Positions 51,725 to 64,000 of a DNA stretch of 64,000 nt are shown piece by piece (position 1 is the stretch's first letter; every line of letters starts with the position of its first letter). The notes under the pieces are model-generated. The model had not been told where the DNA came from, did not search any database, and was given only the letters and a program-made list of their open reading frames with translations. This DNA comes from Phoronis australis (Eukaryota; Animalia; Phoronida): assembly GCA_002633005.1 (NCBI GenBank), contig NMRA01000179.1, positions 515,797 through 579,796 of the forward strand, written 5' to 3'. A program made the translations under genes and the position numbers.

Positions 51725-52350
51725 GCACTGATCTTAATATAGGTCTAAAGAAGGAAGACCTCGTTGGTAAAATGAAAACTGACTTAGACCATGTCTAAAC
51801 TGGAGTTAAACCAGGTTTTACTAGACCTCTGCTCTAGAAGTTAAACTACCATTATAAATTGCATATTGTCTTTAAACCTGGTCTAACTCCAGTTTAAACC
51901 ATGTTTAATTTAAAACCACCTTTGTGAAATCGGCTGTAGGAGTTCAACTATATAATATACTTGAATAAAGATATAAAGCAACCTCCCAAAATCTTTTTGG
52001 AGATGGTAAACAATATGGATGAGAATGAGAGAGGTAGTTATTTTGTATTCGACACTTGTTGGTAATCAGGAAAACTGTTTTTATATCATGCAAGGCTGTC
52101 ATACTTAACAGTTAAACTTGGTTCCGAGCAATTATAAAGTTAAACCTGGTTTAAGATCTTGTATTAAAGTACAGGCCTAAAGAATATAGACCTAGTGACT
52201 TAGACCAGCTCTGAACTAGAGTTAAACCAGGTTTTACTAGACCACTGGTTTAAAAATAAATCACCTTTTGAAATGCAGATTATCTTTAAACCTGGTCTAA
52301 GTCCAGTATAAACCAAGTTCAACTTTAAACCACCTTTATGAAATCCGCTG
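51725..52350. repeat. Two adjacent direct copies of a roughly 200-bp internally palindromic MITE-like repeat
   Basis: Both contain gagttaaaccaggttttactagacc and tttaaacctggtctaa and end aaaccaccttt(g/a)tgaaatc(g/c)gctg at about 51935 and 52350. Confidence 0.75.
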
Positions 52351-53612
52351 ATAGTGTCATTCAGTGCACAGAATAAATGGATTATGTTCTACCAGGATGT
52401 CACTTCGTGAGTCTCCTCTCGGTAATTTCCGATACAAGCGGGTATGCCACATCTACAAAATGCGTAACTTTGATCTGGCTTTAAACAAACAGTCGCAAAT
52501 TGCCAAACATAACGGATTTCATTTTCCTGTATTTCTTGATACTATCGGTTTTCCGTTTAAAATCTGCCGTTGGATAATTTTTTTCAAGTTGTACGCCTAA
52601 AGCCAAGAAGCAACAACACGAAAACTAGGAAATGGTAGAAGTACTCAGTTAATTTTGTGATTTGTCCTTGAATTTACCACTTTTACAACTTCACTGCAAT
52701 GGTAATTCTCTATGACAGTGAGCACATTCTTCCAACCCCCCATATCTCGGTAAAGGAAACAGTCGGGGGAGGTATTTCGCAATTAACACCTGTGCTTAAC
52801 CATGCCGAATAATTTCATAACATTTGATTGACGTACATGTAGATCTTTCTAAATACTACCATATTGTATGATTTTTTCAGACACCATCTCCTATTTTTCA
52901 TAGTTTCATACTTAATGGCTAAAATTATCGAAAACTGTTGCCTCAATGATAGGCACTATACCTTTATTGCAGACAGAGGAAAATTGGTTAGAACATGGGA
53001 TGTCCAGCCATCTAGTAGAAACAGCGACACAGTTCTCTGTGGTTTGTCCATTTGGCTCGCCCGTGTTGAATCCTGATAATCAAAAGTAAATGAACGAAAA
53101 TCATATCTCAATACTTAAATGATTTAAAAATGACATAAGTAGATCTAAGAAATTGCATTCCACGAGTCGGATGTGGAACTTCTAGTATACTGACCCAAAA
53201 CAACAAAAGAGGGGTCCCTTTTATTCATATCTGTCGCTTTTGGGTAGGAGCACTTATGAAAATGAGACAAAACCGGCACCTGTTCCAGCCCTGGGCAATC
53301 GTACCTCCCCCTCCGGTTTGGCATCCGAAGTTAGGGTTGGGTATCCGGCTGACAGCGTTTGCAGGTAGTCCTGCACATTTTTCCTTTCATTTATCTCCTT
53401 TCGTGCGTCCCTGCGGATAGGCATGAGCTGTCTTACAACATCTATTGTGACGCTTTTTTATTGCCCATATTACCAGAGTTTACCCTTTTTATGTTACTTA
53501 CTTGTATTCATTATATTGTAATTGTATTAGTCATAATAAATGACCTCATATCGTCTACCTCGGTCCCTTTTTTATCTGGTAACATGCTTGTGACGCACGT
53601 ATCATTTATTTC

Positions 53613-53755
53613 CATGGGCGGCGCAGCACTGAAAAAAGCGAGGGCTAAAGCCCCCTCAGCCCCCTGTGGTGCACCACCTATAGACCATGTGCGGCGTAGC
53701 ACTGAAAAAAGTGGGAGGCTGTAGCCCCCAAGCCCCCTATGGTGCGCCGCCCATG
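53613..53755. mobile_element. 143-bp MITE with an internal duplication
   Basis: catgggcggcgca ... tgcgccgcccatg inverted ends; gcactgaaaaaag occurs twice. Confidence 0.72.
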
Positions 53756-56399
53756 ATCTATTATTCGGGACATACGTCGATCATAAATACACTATACAGT
53801 TTAGACGAATTTCTGAAAAATGTAATGTACATGCTATAGGCATTGTTTAGTAAAAGTGGGGAACCTATCTTTTTAGCATAATTATGGTATGTTGATTTTA
53901 ATTATGCCTGTTCCCAAGCTGGATTTTAAGTTTTGACTATCTAATTTGCACAAACAAAATGGCCGCTGAACCAACAAGAAAGAAACATTCGTGGGACCAG
54001 GAGTACAATATATCATGAATAATTGGGAAAATGCTGGCACAAAAACCATAGTATAAATGTTTAGATCATATAATGTTATAAACATGCTAATGAATGTCAT
54101 AAAGTCCATTAAATACACGCAAATTAGCTTCAGCCATTACCTAAAAATCCAAATGTCGGTGTAATTTTGTCAATTTGCAGACAAAAATGACAAAAATGTG
54201 CCTATACCTATGTTTTGAAGGTCCAAAAAAGTCATTACACATGTGAAGCTTTTTATTTCATCTTCACTAAGTTATAAATGCTCATTAAAATTAGAAATCA
54301 GAATTATAATCTTTTTTGCAAACAACTCACTATTTAGATAAGGCATAAAGTATTGTAAACAATAGTACTAAGATGTCTATTATTGTAAAGATATCAACGT
54401 GACATATATCCATTGTTTCTTTGTGATACAAAATGTCATTGTTTGAGAACCAGTGTACTCATAATCATTATTCCAGCTCACGTGTTGGATACTATACTGT
54501 TGTAAAGAGATGCATGGACATGTCATCCCAATGTGGACAGGAACATACCTCGCAGTCGACCAAGCCCTTTACTGCATGCTAATGGAGATTAAGAATGATT
54601 CCATATAAAAACCATATGAAAACGAAAAATCACTTCATGCTCAAAAATTGCCACAGAGCTAAGATTTTGTGCATGTGTTGGGATGCTGGCCCAAAGTACA
54701 CTGCTGCAATATTTGCACTCAATGACCTTTGGCTACCGAGATATGACCTATTTGGCTATAAAGGCATATTTTGCATGTTTTCATGTCAGTAAAACTGCTC
54801 TTTTGGAACGGCAAAAGACCAATCGTAGAAAACTGGTGACAAAGTTTGACAGTGGTGGTCATGAAGACTCATGTAAGGTTAGTAAGAAAATGAAATTTGA
54901 AACTCATAGGTACATTTAAATTTCCAGCAGGGGAGAAAACTCCTAGACCACTTTTCAGGCCAGTCACAAGTGGCAAGATGTTGCTTAACCTGCCTGAAGT
55001 TGAAATTCTCTGTATAGACACTTCTAAGACAGATCTTTGATAATTGCTTTAAAAAACTTGTCTCTTATATATTTAGTGCTAAACGTGGCCCCCGAATTTG
55101 GACAGTTTTGTGATGTGGCCTTACTCTAACTGACAAGAATTGAGGCTTCTCTTTTAGTTCAGAGATATCCCCTAAAATATATGATCTAATATCAACAATG
55201 CAATATCACAAAAAATTAAGTTTCACTTTTGAGACCCCAATTTTCTGAAACAATCTGTTTAACTTTACCAATAGCACTTTTGGGTTCGAAATTGCATGCA
55301 CTTCATGTCACTGCAAAGAAAAGGGAGGAATTTCCTTCTTGTACATTTGGTCAATTTTCGTTACTAAAGTAGGATTGCGAAGGAAATGTGGCCTTTATTA
55401 GCTGTGTTACAGACGTTAGAAGTCATCTGAGGTCGTGCAAAGTGCCATAGAAGTTTGAAAGTATATCGGAATTACAGTTGATTCTTGCCAGAGCTGGAGA
55501 GAGAAGGCTGGACTGGCAAACTAATGGAAATGCGTCGTTATATCGACATGAGTTTGGACTTGGCTTTAGACAAAAATTGACGTCTAGAACGAAGCGGAAG
55601 AATGAACGGTGCGTTGACTTTAGCAGGTCGCAAAAGAATTTTCGCCAGTTTGATTTGTTAGTCCCTGTTGTTGCAAGTAAGATATTAGTAGCAATTTATA
55701 AAAAGATACTTCTTATTTATCACAACTGTTGGCCTGGGTCAACAGGTCATGACTTCAGTTCAGAATATTGTATTAGCTCTCGCTGACAACTTTCGACTTA
55801 CTGACTGCCTAGGTGCACAAACCTGATAGGCCTATCTGGTAACGGGTTAGGATGGGCTGCTGGATTTTGAGAATTGCAATCATGTTATACCTTGCAAGTC
55901 TGAAAATTGTGATCCGTATTTATTCAAATGGTTCAAAGGTGTGACCCATGTTTATATTGAAAGACCACGAAAAAGTTGTTCCATACTTGTACAAAAGGTG
56001 ACCCATCTTTATACACATTTAACTTGTGAGAGCAGGTGAAATCGTCATCCAGATTTGCCATTCCACTAGTCTGCTCTGGTTGCCATTGAAGCTAGTAGAT
56101 TATGCCAGAGCAATGATGGCGACCATCCCTGAGGTGATTGCTTGCCGTAATTTGTATTATAATATTTACGTCAAAATATTTTCTAAGTATGGAAAGAAGC
56201 TCCACTCATAATTATACCCCACGACTAAAAAATTGACAATACAGTTCACTTCCCTTTAAAATTGTAATGGCAGTTGATCATAATTTTTCACTTATTCAGT
56301 GCCGGTACTTTTTACCATGCAGTCATCTCTGACTTTTCGGTCAGCCGTATTCAGATGTGCACCTCATCAGTTTCTGAATAGAACACTGGTTTTTATAAG

Positions 56400-57480
56400 C
56401 CCACATGACACATGACGACAAATTTCGGATGGATCCAACAACTGGTTGCCCCTTAGTGGCAATCCTAATTTTATACATTTACCTCTGTATCTTCAAAGCT
56501 CCTCAACGGATTTTCATGAAATTTGGCACATAACAATCTATTAGGGAGATGGCGTTATCCACCCATTTTCGGATGTATTTGAGTTATTTTGTTCCACCCA
56601 GTGGCCATTTTTACTGTTTTCGAGGCTGACCCTCTATCAAACAAACCATCCATAGAATGATTGTGAAAATTGGCATATATGTTCTAAGTGTGAAGAGAAC
56701 GGTTGACGATAACCTTCCGACGACTTTGACTACTTTGGCTCCTTCTAGTGGCAGTTTTGTTTTTTGTAGCGTCCATGGCTGTTTCTACTAAACCCATTAC
56801 AGGATCTATATTAAATTTAGCAAGTTGACAAACGGTCGCCTCTAAGTTGACAGTGGGCGACGACGACTTTCAGACGGATCCAAAAAACGCTGTGCCCCCT
56901 GGTGGAATTTCATTTTTTTCCGTTATCCCCTGTTTTTCTGAATTTCCTTGATGGATTTTTATGAAATTTGGTAATCAGCTTTCTATTACAAAAACGGCGT
57001 TTCTGGATGATTTGACATATTTTATGCCATATAAGAGCCATTTTTATTGTTTCCTAGTATGTCTTTGGCGTCCGCACCTCTGCCAACCAAACCACTCTAA
57101 GCATAATTTTGAAAATTAGCATATATGTTCTTAGTGTGAAGAGGACGGTTAATGACGATTTTCCAGCGACATCGACTACTGAGGCACCTCCTAGTGGAAG
57201 TTTTGTTTTTTTTGCGCCCATAGCTTTATCTCTTAAATCCACTGTAGGATCTTGATTAATTTTAGTAATTGTATTTATGTGAAGTTAACAACGGACGATG
57301 ATGACTTTTCATTGAATCTGAGCCCCCCTTGTGGCAATTTCATTTTTTGTTTTCCTCTTTTACTTCTAAGTTCCTTGACGGACTTTAATTGGATTTGGTA
57401 AATAGCTTTCCGTTAAAGAGACAATGACATGTTCCCGTTTTGGGATGGATTCGACGTATTTTGTGGTTTTTTGAAGTGTT
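56400..57480. repeat. Diverged tandem repeat, period about 446 bp, about 2.5 copies
   Basis: catatatgttct(a/t)agtgtgaagag at 56674 and 57120; ggatccaa and gcccc..gtgg anchors recur at the same spacing. Confidence 0.8.
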
Positions 57481-58540
57481 TTGTGGAAATGCATCATGCA
57501 CTAAACATAGCTTACCTTAAAAAAATGTGGTTTTGAGTCTGAACGGAATTTTCATATTGTGAAACTTTTAGCGGGTAAGTCGCAACAACACCCAATTGTT
57601 TAAAAACTGGTTTGGAAAGCCTGTAAGTTGGATATCACTGAAAGTATTATGTTATCAATCGTAAATATCCGTACCTGTTATTTTTCTGAAATTGAGAATT
57701 CCATTGGCGCACTGCCACCATGCTCGGCCGCTTTTGTGTAGTACAAGAAGCATTGCTTGTATGTCCAATAGCACGACACTTCTGGTCGTATCCACCGTCC
57801 TTTTTTCACTTGTGATCTCAAAGATCTTGATTAGTTTTAGTGTGAACTTTGCTAATAGTTTGAGAGGACTTTTTCAAGCGCATATATAGGGACTTGTCCA
57901 AGAGGTCTGAAAATGGACCAGCATGCACTGGAGGCAGTGCCCGAGATTCTTAGTCCATTACGGTGTTCAAAAACTGACCAACATAACCTGCTTCTCCGAA
58001 GTATGAGATGGTGATGGGATTTGTATTATTAACTCATCAGTACATTAAAATTGATGTTTTTGAGTTCTGTAAACCTATAATAGATTTTTTTTGCACCAGC
58101 AACACTGAAAATCCTCGATGAACAAATCTCTCATACAGCTTCCCATGATCTCCTTCGTCACTGACGTAGCAACACGAATGATATTTGTTCTATTTGGCAT
58201 CTTGGTCGATACATAATGGCACAATCGCGTGGCTCCTCCTAGATTTTTTATTCTTGCGTTGGGATGAACAAAGACAGCAGTAATAGATGGAAGTTAACTC
58301 ATGTTCCAAAACAATCTGATAGTACTTTTATTTGCTAGTTTTCAGAAAATGTAAAAAGTGGTCGTAAAAAGGGTTGAAAAACTCAGAAACTCTTAAAAAT
58401 CAGGCTCAGGTTTCTTTTGACAAGGTCAGCTGATGTGCTAAGTTTAAAAAAAATTGGTGATTTTGCATATACAGACAACCATCTGGTTTTTATATGGAAT
58501 TGCTCTTAAGTGGTCGGTTCTATAATACCAAAATAAGCTA

Positions 58541-61000
58541 ATACCTCGCTTAGGGGGCCTTCACGTATCGATAAACTTCATCAAAGCAATTGGAGGTCAC
58601 ATGAATGGTCACAGACTAGCTGCGGTGCGGAGAGAGTGTGAACTACTTGACTAAGGCACTGTGGAACTGGTTCTCAGTGGAAAGTCGTACAACAATCCTA
58701 TGACGACACACACAAACCGTATTTGCAAGCTCTGTGATGTCTCCTGGTGCCAAGTCTTCTCTCGTTTATTGCAGAAGCGGACGAGGATTTTCATACATGC
58801 ATTGCCAGTATGGCTGCAGATGATGGCTGCAGTTGATAACATCTCTTAATCAGGAGGTCTCATGTGAATTTCAGTTTCAGCTGAAGTTACATGGACATGG
58901 TTGCAGCATTGTTACAGTATACTCACCATCAACGGGCATTTGGGAACTGCATCTCTATTCGTTTAGTCGCATGCTGCCCTATTGTAAGCGGAATGACCAC
59001 CTGAATTACGCCCAATGGGGTCCAGTCTATTTCATAGCTGAGATGCATCAGCTTCCAGTAGTCTCCTCACAGGTTTTGTCAGGTAGATGCTAACCAAGTA
59101 ATGGAGAGGGTAAATGGGACAAGCAAAAATGCAGTGGCATCATTGGTATTACCAAAATGACGTCAGCTCTCTGCAGGTGGACACTCTCCTTTTAGCGCAG
59201 ATCTCATAAAGCTGAACAAACTTACCGAACGTATGGTCTGCGCTGTGGGAGTACACATCTTCACAACGAAGCCATAAAAGTGAGTTGACTGAGAGACTAT
59301 AATGTCCAGACTTCCCTTCTTTCCAATTTCCAGGTCCGCCCTGCCTTAGTTGCTGCACAACCTTGCAACAAAAGACCTAGCAACAGCACCAATCCAAGAG
59401 TTACTGCTGCACACCAAGGAATACGGACACGCACACGAACAAATTAAGAAAATTGTTCAAAACAGATTAATCATCACTGAGCACTGCGATGAGGCAGACG
59501 TGTCAATTCATGCACCTATGTGCAGAAATAATGGCCTCACATTTGGTACCCTATACGATGAGATGAAACAAACCGAAGACAAAGACAATAAAACAGTTCT
59601 GAAGGCAGACAGCACTCAATGTCCTTCGCCATCCAATTACGGCTCATGATACGGGTCTACCAGTTGAGTTGCCGTCAGCACTCAAACACTAGCTTCTTCC
59701 CATCCACTTTTCCCTTTTCCCTTGCTGAAATGTGAGGCACATAGCACATAAAAAATAAATCTACTTGAAGAACTGTCGACTGTCGTGAAACAATTCAAAT
59801 TCATGACACGTCCTGAGGACTCATCTCTCATTATTGATGGTCAAGGACTACTGGTATCTCTTGGGAAGCCTGAGGGTGCTCTGATGTTTGGAGACCTGTG
59901 GATGATTCATTTTCGAAAACGATGCTAAGCACAGGATCCCAATATCATAAAATTGGTATTGTATTTGACAGATATAGAGAAGAAGCAACCAGAAGACAGC
60001 GAACATGGCCAATCAGGCGGCTTGTTGAGGGTCGTGATAAACATTTTCCCCAAAACTGGCCAAATTTTCTGGGATTGGCTGAGAATAAAGCAGACCTAAC
60101 ACATTTCTTGTCAGAGGAATTGTATTTGCAGACGTCTGAAGATAAAGAGGTTACAGTTGCCGGAGGGTTCAACGATAACCTAAAGATACGGCTCATTTGA
60201 GGCCTCTGAAATCCACACATGAAGAAGCAGTTACATGATTGGTACAGCACGCTGTCCACAGCCAGTTTAATACAGCAGTCGTGTCTTCCAGGGACACTGA
60301 TGTTCTGCTGCTTCTAGTACGGCACTTCCAACAAATGCAATGTCTGGATGATGTCGGGCACACCAAAGAAACGTCGATAAATATCTACCGAAGCAGTTTT
60401 CAATAAACTATCAAGAGACTGGGCAAGATCTTTGTAGGCTTTTCATGCTTAAACTGGGAATGACACAACCTTGTACCATTCACACAAAGTGATGATCATG
60501 GGAGGTGTTCCTAGAGCATCAGATACCTTAAGAACATGGGCGTCGGTGAACTCACAGATAAAACTATGACGTTTTCAGTAGCATTTGTCCGCAGAATATA
60601 CAACATGACGTCAGGACAGACTTTGAAGATGTAGCACACCATTTACTATTCTCCAAAACCGTGAAACAACAACCATTTCCCCCAAACGCATGGTGCCCTC
60701 CTTTGCCATTTGATGAGAGAGTGCACTACCACGCCAAGTTAAAACGAAATGCTCATTATCCCATACCTCAGCTACCAACACCTCTGACATAGGATGGATA
60801 GTCGGACAAACAGACACAGGACTTCAGCCCACACTGATGTCACGGATTCCTATTCCAGACAGCTGCCTGAAGGTGTGTGCCAGCCAGAAACAATGTAACA
60901 GCCGATGATACAAATGCATACAGTCTGGATTGCGATGCAAATCATTATGCACATGCCAGCAGCAAATTCACGATCAGACTCCTTGACTGTATGAATACAG
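58541..61000 (+). mobile_element. Decayed Academ-like DNA transposon (transposase, XPG-like nuclease, Cys-rich tail)
   Basis: Fragments PRLGGLHVSINFIKAIG, VLSGKSYN, GIWELHL..MLPY..HLNYAQW, IVFDRY, FL..AENKADLTHFL, HEEA, SRDTDVLLLL, FHA.TGNDTT and a C-terminal Cys cluster; many stops and frameshifts. Confidence 0.75.
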
Positions 61001-61409
61001 TTTGATTTGTTAAAAAGTACCAAAAAGTGAATGCTAGAACTGTGTTCAGCTGGCCCGAAAATAATTCGTACATCCTGACAATCTATTAATAACCGTTGAC
61101 GTCTTTAAAAGCAATAACTGTTTTTGATTCTTTATGAATGGAAGATTACAGAATAGTGTGAACATTTGTCCTCATATTAGTGAGACTAGCGGCTGAATGA
61201 GCACTGCACACTAACGACTATGTTTTCTACATTCCGTAAGTATACATCTATAACCCAATAAATACGAAATAGATTGTTTCAAAAGTGTCTTTATCATGTT
61301 TGTTGACCATGAAAACATATAAGTGCAAAAACTGCGTTGTTTGGTAATGGCGGCAGCTAATTTGCATCGTTAGTCTTTGAAGTTACAAATTTTTAAATTG
61401 CATATGGCT

Positions 61410-61800
61410 GAAAAGTTGAACGTCGGTGCGACGTTGGCAGACGGTCGCCTCTAAGTTGGTGCGACGTTGGCGAACAGCCGCCTCTACGTTGGTGCGACGT
61501 CGGTAAACAATCGCTTGCAGGGTGGCGGGACGTTGATAAGTGGTCGGAATTGAATTGGCGCGACGTCGGTAAAGGGTCGTATTTCCGCCGTCGGGCCCAG
61601 GTCGTACCGTTGCCGGTTATTAGTCGGCAGTCGGACCAACGTCGGGTCATCGGCGGCCCGACTGCGACGCTTTTACGACGTTGTTACAACGTTCATCCGA
61701 TGTACAAAATCACGTTGGTCCGACGTCAGACACCAACGTTGGCCCAACGTAACGTGAGTCGTCGGACCGGCGTTGGACCACCGTCAGCATGCTATCTAGG
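61410..61800. repeat. GC-rich array of about 29-bp units (ggtgcgacgt(t/c)gg) within a MITE-like element
   Basis: Five copies of the core at 61424-61570, followed by inverted ccaacgt/ccgacgt motifs. Confidence 0.7.
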
Positions 61801-61892
61801 AACGGCAGCTAATCACTGGTTCTCCTCCAAGCGGCTGTAATAATTTATGTGTTCCTACAATCAACAATTTAAGGCCAAAGAGACTGGTTTCA

Positions 61893-61905
61893 AACACACA
61901 CACAC

Positions 61906-61944
<39 letters not shown>

Positions 61945-61947
61945 CAC

Positions 61948-62015
<68 letters not shown>

Positions 62016-62035
62016 CATACATACATGTATAAGTA
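61893..62035. repeat. Compound (CA)n/(TA)n microsatellite
   Basis: Seen directly. Confidence 0.97.
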
Positions 62036-62055
62036 TCTATATAGTTATCTGAACA

Positions 62056-62397
62056 CAGCTGCTAGCATGCACTATAAACATATTGGTGGCCATGATTAAT
62101 AGCAGCTGACAGGATGAACAAAGAGTGAAGCACTGACTGAGCTCTTCACGTTACAATTAACGGCGGTGTGACGTCAGCAGCTGTAGAATGTGTAGGTCAA
62201 GGTGCTTGGTCAGGATTCTTCGTTCTGCCAACCGGAGGTAATTGGCTGAAGCATTATGGGCGACATAGTTGAGGTTTTTGTGTCAGTTAAATGCCAGCTA
62301 TGACAGCTGACAAGGCGTTGGTTCGAATTAACAAGACAGAGACTGAATTAAATAGCCGCTGTTTGCAAGCTCAGCTGTCGTTCACGTGAGGCAGCTG
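62056..62397. promoter_or_regulatory. Candidate enhancer: cluster of six CAGCTG E-boxes
   Basis: CAGCTG at 62056, 62103, 62178, 62304, 62372 and 62392; TGACGTCA at 62169; CACGTG at 62383; TGACAG at 62107 and 62301. Confidence 0.5.
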
Positions 62398-63379
62398 GCA
62401 TCATGATGTATCTGTCGCCCACATGCCAGGCTAAGAAATCCAACAAGTGAGACGTTCGCTTCACAATCATTGAAGCAAAATCCTAACGGTTTGTTTTGCC
62501 GCTGACCTGAGCTCATTTGTATTCGGGGTATGTATTTATCCTTCTGCGCCATTCTTTTTATTCTCGGCTGCAAGTCGCATTCTTCAGGAACTACATGTAC
62601 TCTGACATAAAATGCATGTAACTGTGAACTTCACGTCAGCGCACTGAAAAGATAAATATTTGTACACAACACTCACACCAGTGATCCTAAGCTCTATTTT
62701 TGTGCCTATTGTACAACGACGATTTTAACTTACGGTTGTATGTCATGTTAGTTCCGTCTACCCGTTGGAAAACACCCTCAGTGTTCAGGTCGTTAACACC
62801 GATCCAAGTGCGCCACATCGAATAACCTTTTTGCTGTAAAATACACTGTACGTAAAACATGTTTCCGTGTGACTGAATGTGAAGTAAAAGCCAGTCTGTG
62901 ATAGTGTCAAGCTTCTATGAATCTGGCTTCTGTCAAACACACAGTTGCTTTTAAATTAAGCTTCATGTATCCTTACATGTACACGTGGACTTTGACAGGA
63001 TACTGCTAGACGTTTACAAAGCGGGTTGAACCTCCAATAAGTGTTATTTGATAGTTTAGTAAAAACTATATTGGTATAAAATACATGTAGCTACATTTGC
63101 AAACGATGCAGTGGCGGATCTAGGATATCATAAGGGGGGGGCAACATTTTGTCCGGCTGGAAGCATTTGCGCAAACTGAACCACGATTGTAGATGCACAT
63201 AGCACCTAATGAGGGGAGGTCGGGAGGGGGGTTTTTCCCCCTCCCGCCTAGGAAATTTTTCTGTTTCTTCCTCTCAAAATCAAGCATTTTCCTTGATTTC
63301 TGATGTATTATCCAAGAAAAAAAAAAAAAAAAAAAATCCAAAAAACCGGAGAACGTGTCACACAGGAAAAATTGCGAGT

Positions 63380-63445
63380 TTCACAGATTCGAACTCACGA
63401 AATAGCTGATAGGACGCGCGTGCTTTACCACTACACCACCACGAC
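63380..63445 (-). mobile_element. tRNA-derived SINE head or tRNA pseudogene
   Basis: Minus strand GTCGTGGTGGTGTAGTGGTAAAGCACG...GTGAGTTCGAATC carries Pol III A and B boxes; no clean cloverleaf. Confidence 0.65.
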
Positions 63446-64000
63446 TTCACTAATAAACTTTATCTAAGAGACCTACTTGTTTATGGTCCACAACGTTTGT
63501 GCGCGAAACCTACTTCTTTTTGTAATGCTTATTACACGTTTTTTATTTTGTGCAATCGGTTGTTAACAGATTTGTTGTATTTAAAATAGTCTTCAAATGC
63601 CCAAAAGACCAAATCCATTTTTCGTGTTGGCAATAATGACGGGATTGCTTTGGAAATCGTCTTAAGTTAAGGTTTGACAAAGAGAAAATTAATGAGTTTC
63701 TGAGTGATTCATTAACCACCCTTTTGCCTTTCAGTGTAGCACCTACCCACTGTAAGTTACGGTAGAGTGGAGCGTACGCACACGTAGTTGACGCCAACAA
63801 CCTTTTTACATTTTACCGCAGCAACCGCCGTTTTTCACTTTGACGTAGCGTCTACGCACCGTGACGGAAAGTGGGGCGTAGTCTCGATATGATACTTTAC
63901 AGCACCAATGCGCTACGCTGACAGCATTTGTTGCCGACTATTTTGGCGCGCGTGATCACCAGGCATGTTCGCCGAGTAATGGAACTTTTATTAATTCAAG

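Noticed and set aside
62509-62570. Possible first coding exon MAQKDKYIPRIQMSS with a phase-1 GTCAG donor
   Set aside because: No signal peptide, a weak donor and no other support; cannot be told from chance.
63380-63445. Functional tRNA gene
   Set aside because: A and B boxes are present, but acceptor and anticodon stems do not pair convincingly; kept only as a SINE head or pseudogene.

Overview
Animal genomic DNA, AT-rich and intron/transposon-rich, most likely from an invertebrate (inference; the species cannot be determined). The main feature is one large spliced gene on the minus strand. I could trace 22 coding exons (47958 down to 728; 4423 nt, about 1470 codons) with GT-AG boundaries and consistent intron phases. 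They encode a mosaic extracellular protein: 10 Sushi/CCP, 5 SUEL/rhamnose-binding-lectin-like, 2 C-type lectin, 1 fibronectin type II and the start of a SEA-like domain. The domains form five modules, each opened by a distinctive CCP subtype. The start/signal-peptide exon and the C-terminus were not securely found. Introns and the upstream region hold decayed mobile elements: a Gypsy LTR element, an RTE LINE, an RNase H-bearing LINE 3' end, a second LINE 3' end, a THAP relic, an Academ-like transposon, Sola2-like, Tc1/mariner-like and Harbinger-like non-autonomous elements, and a tRNA-derived SINE head. There are also tandem repeats, a 526-N assembly gap and a dense CAGCTG E-box cluster at 62.05-62.40 kb. 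All calls are from reading the sequence by eye; no searches were run.
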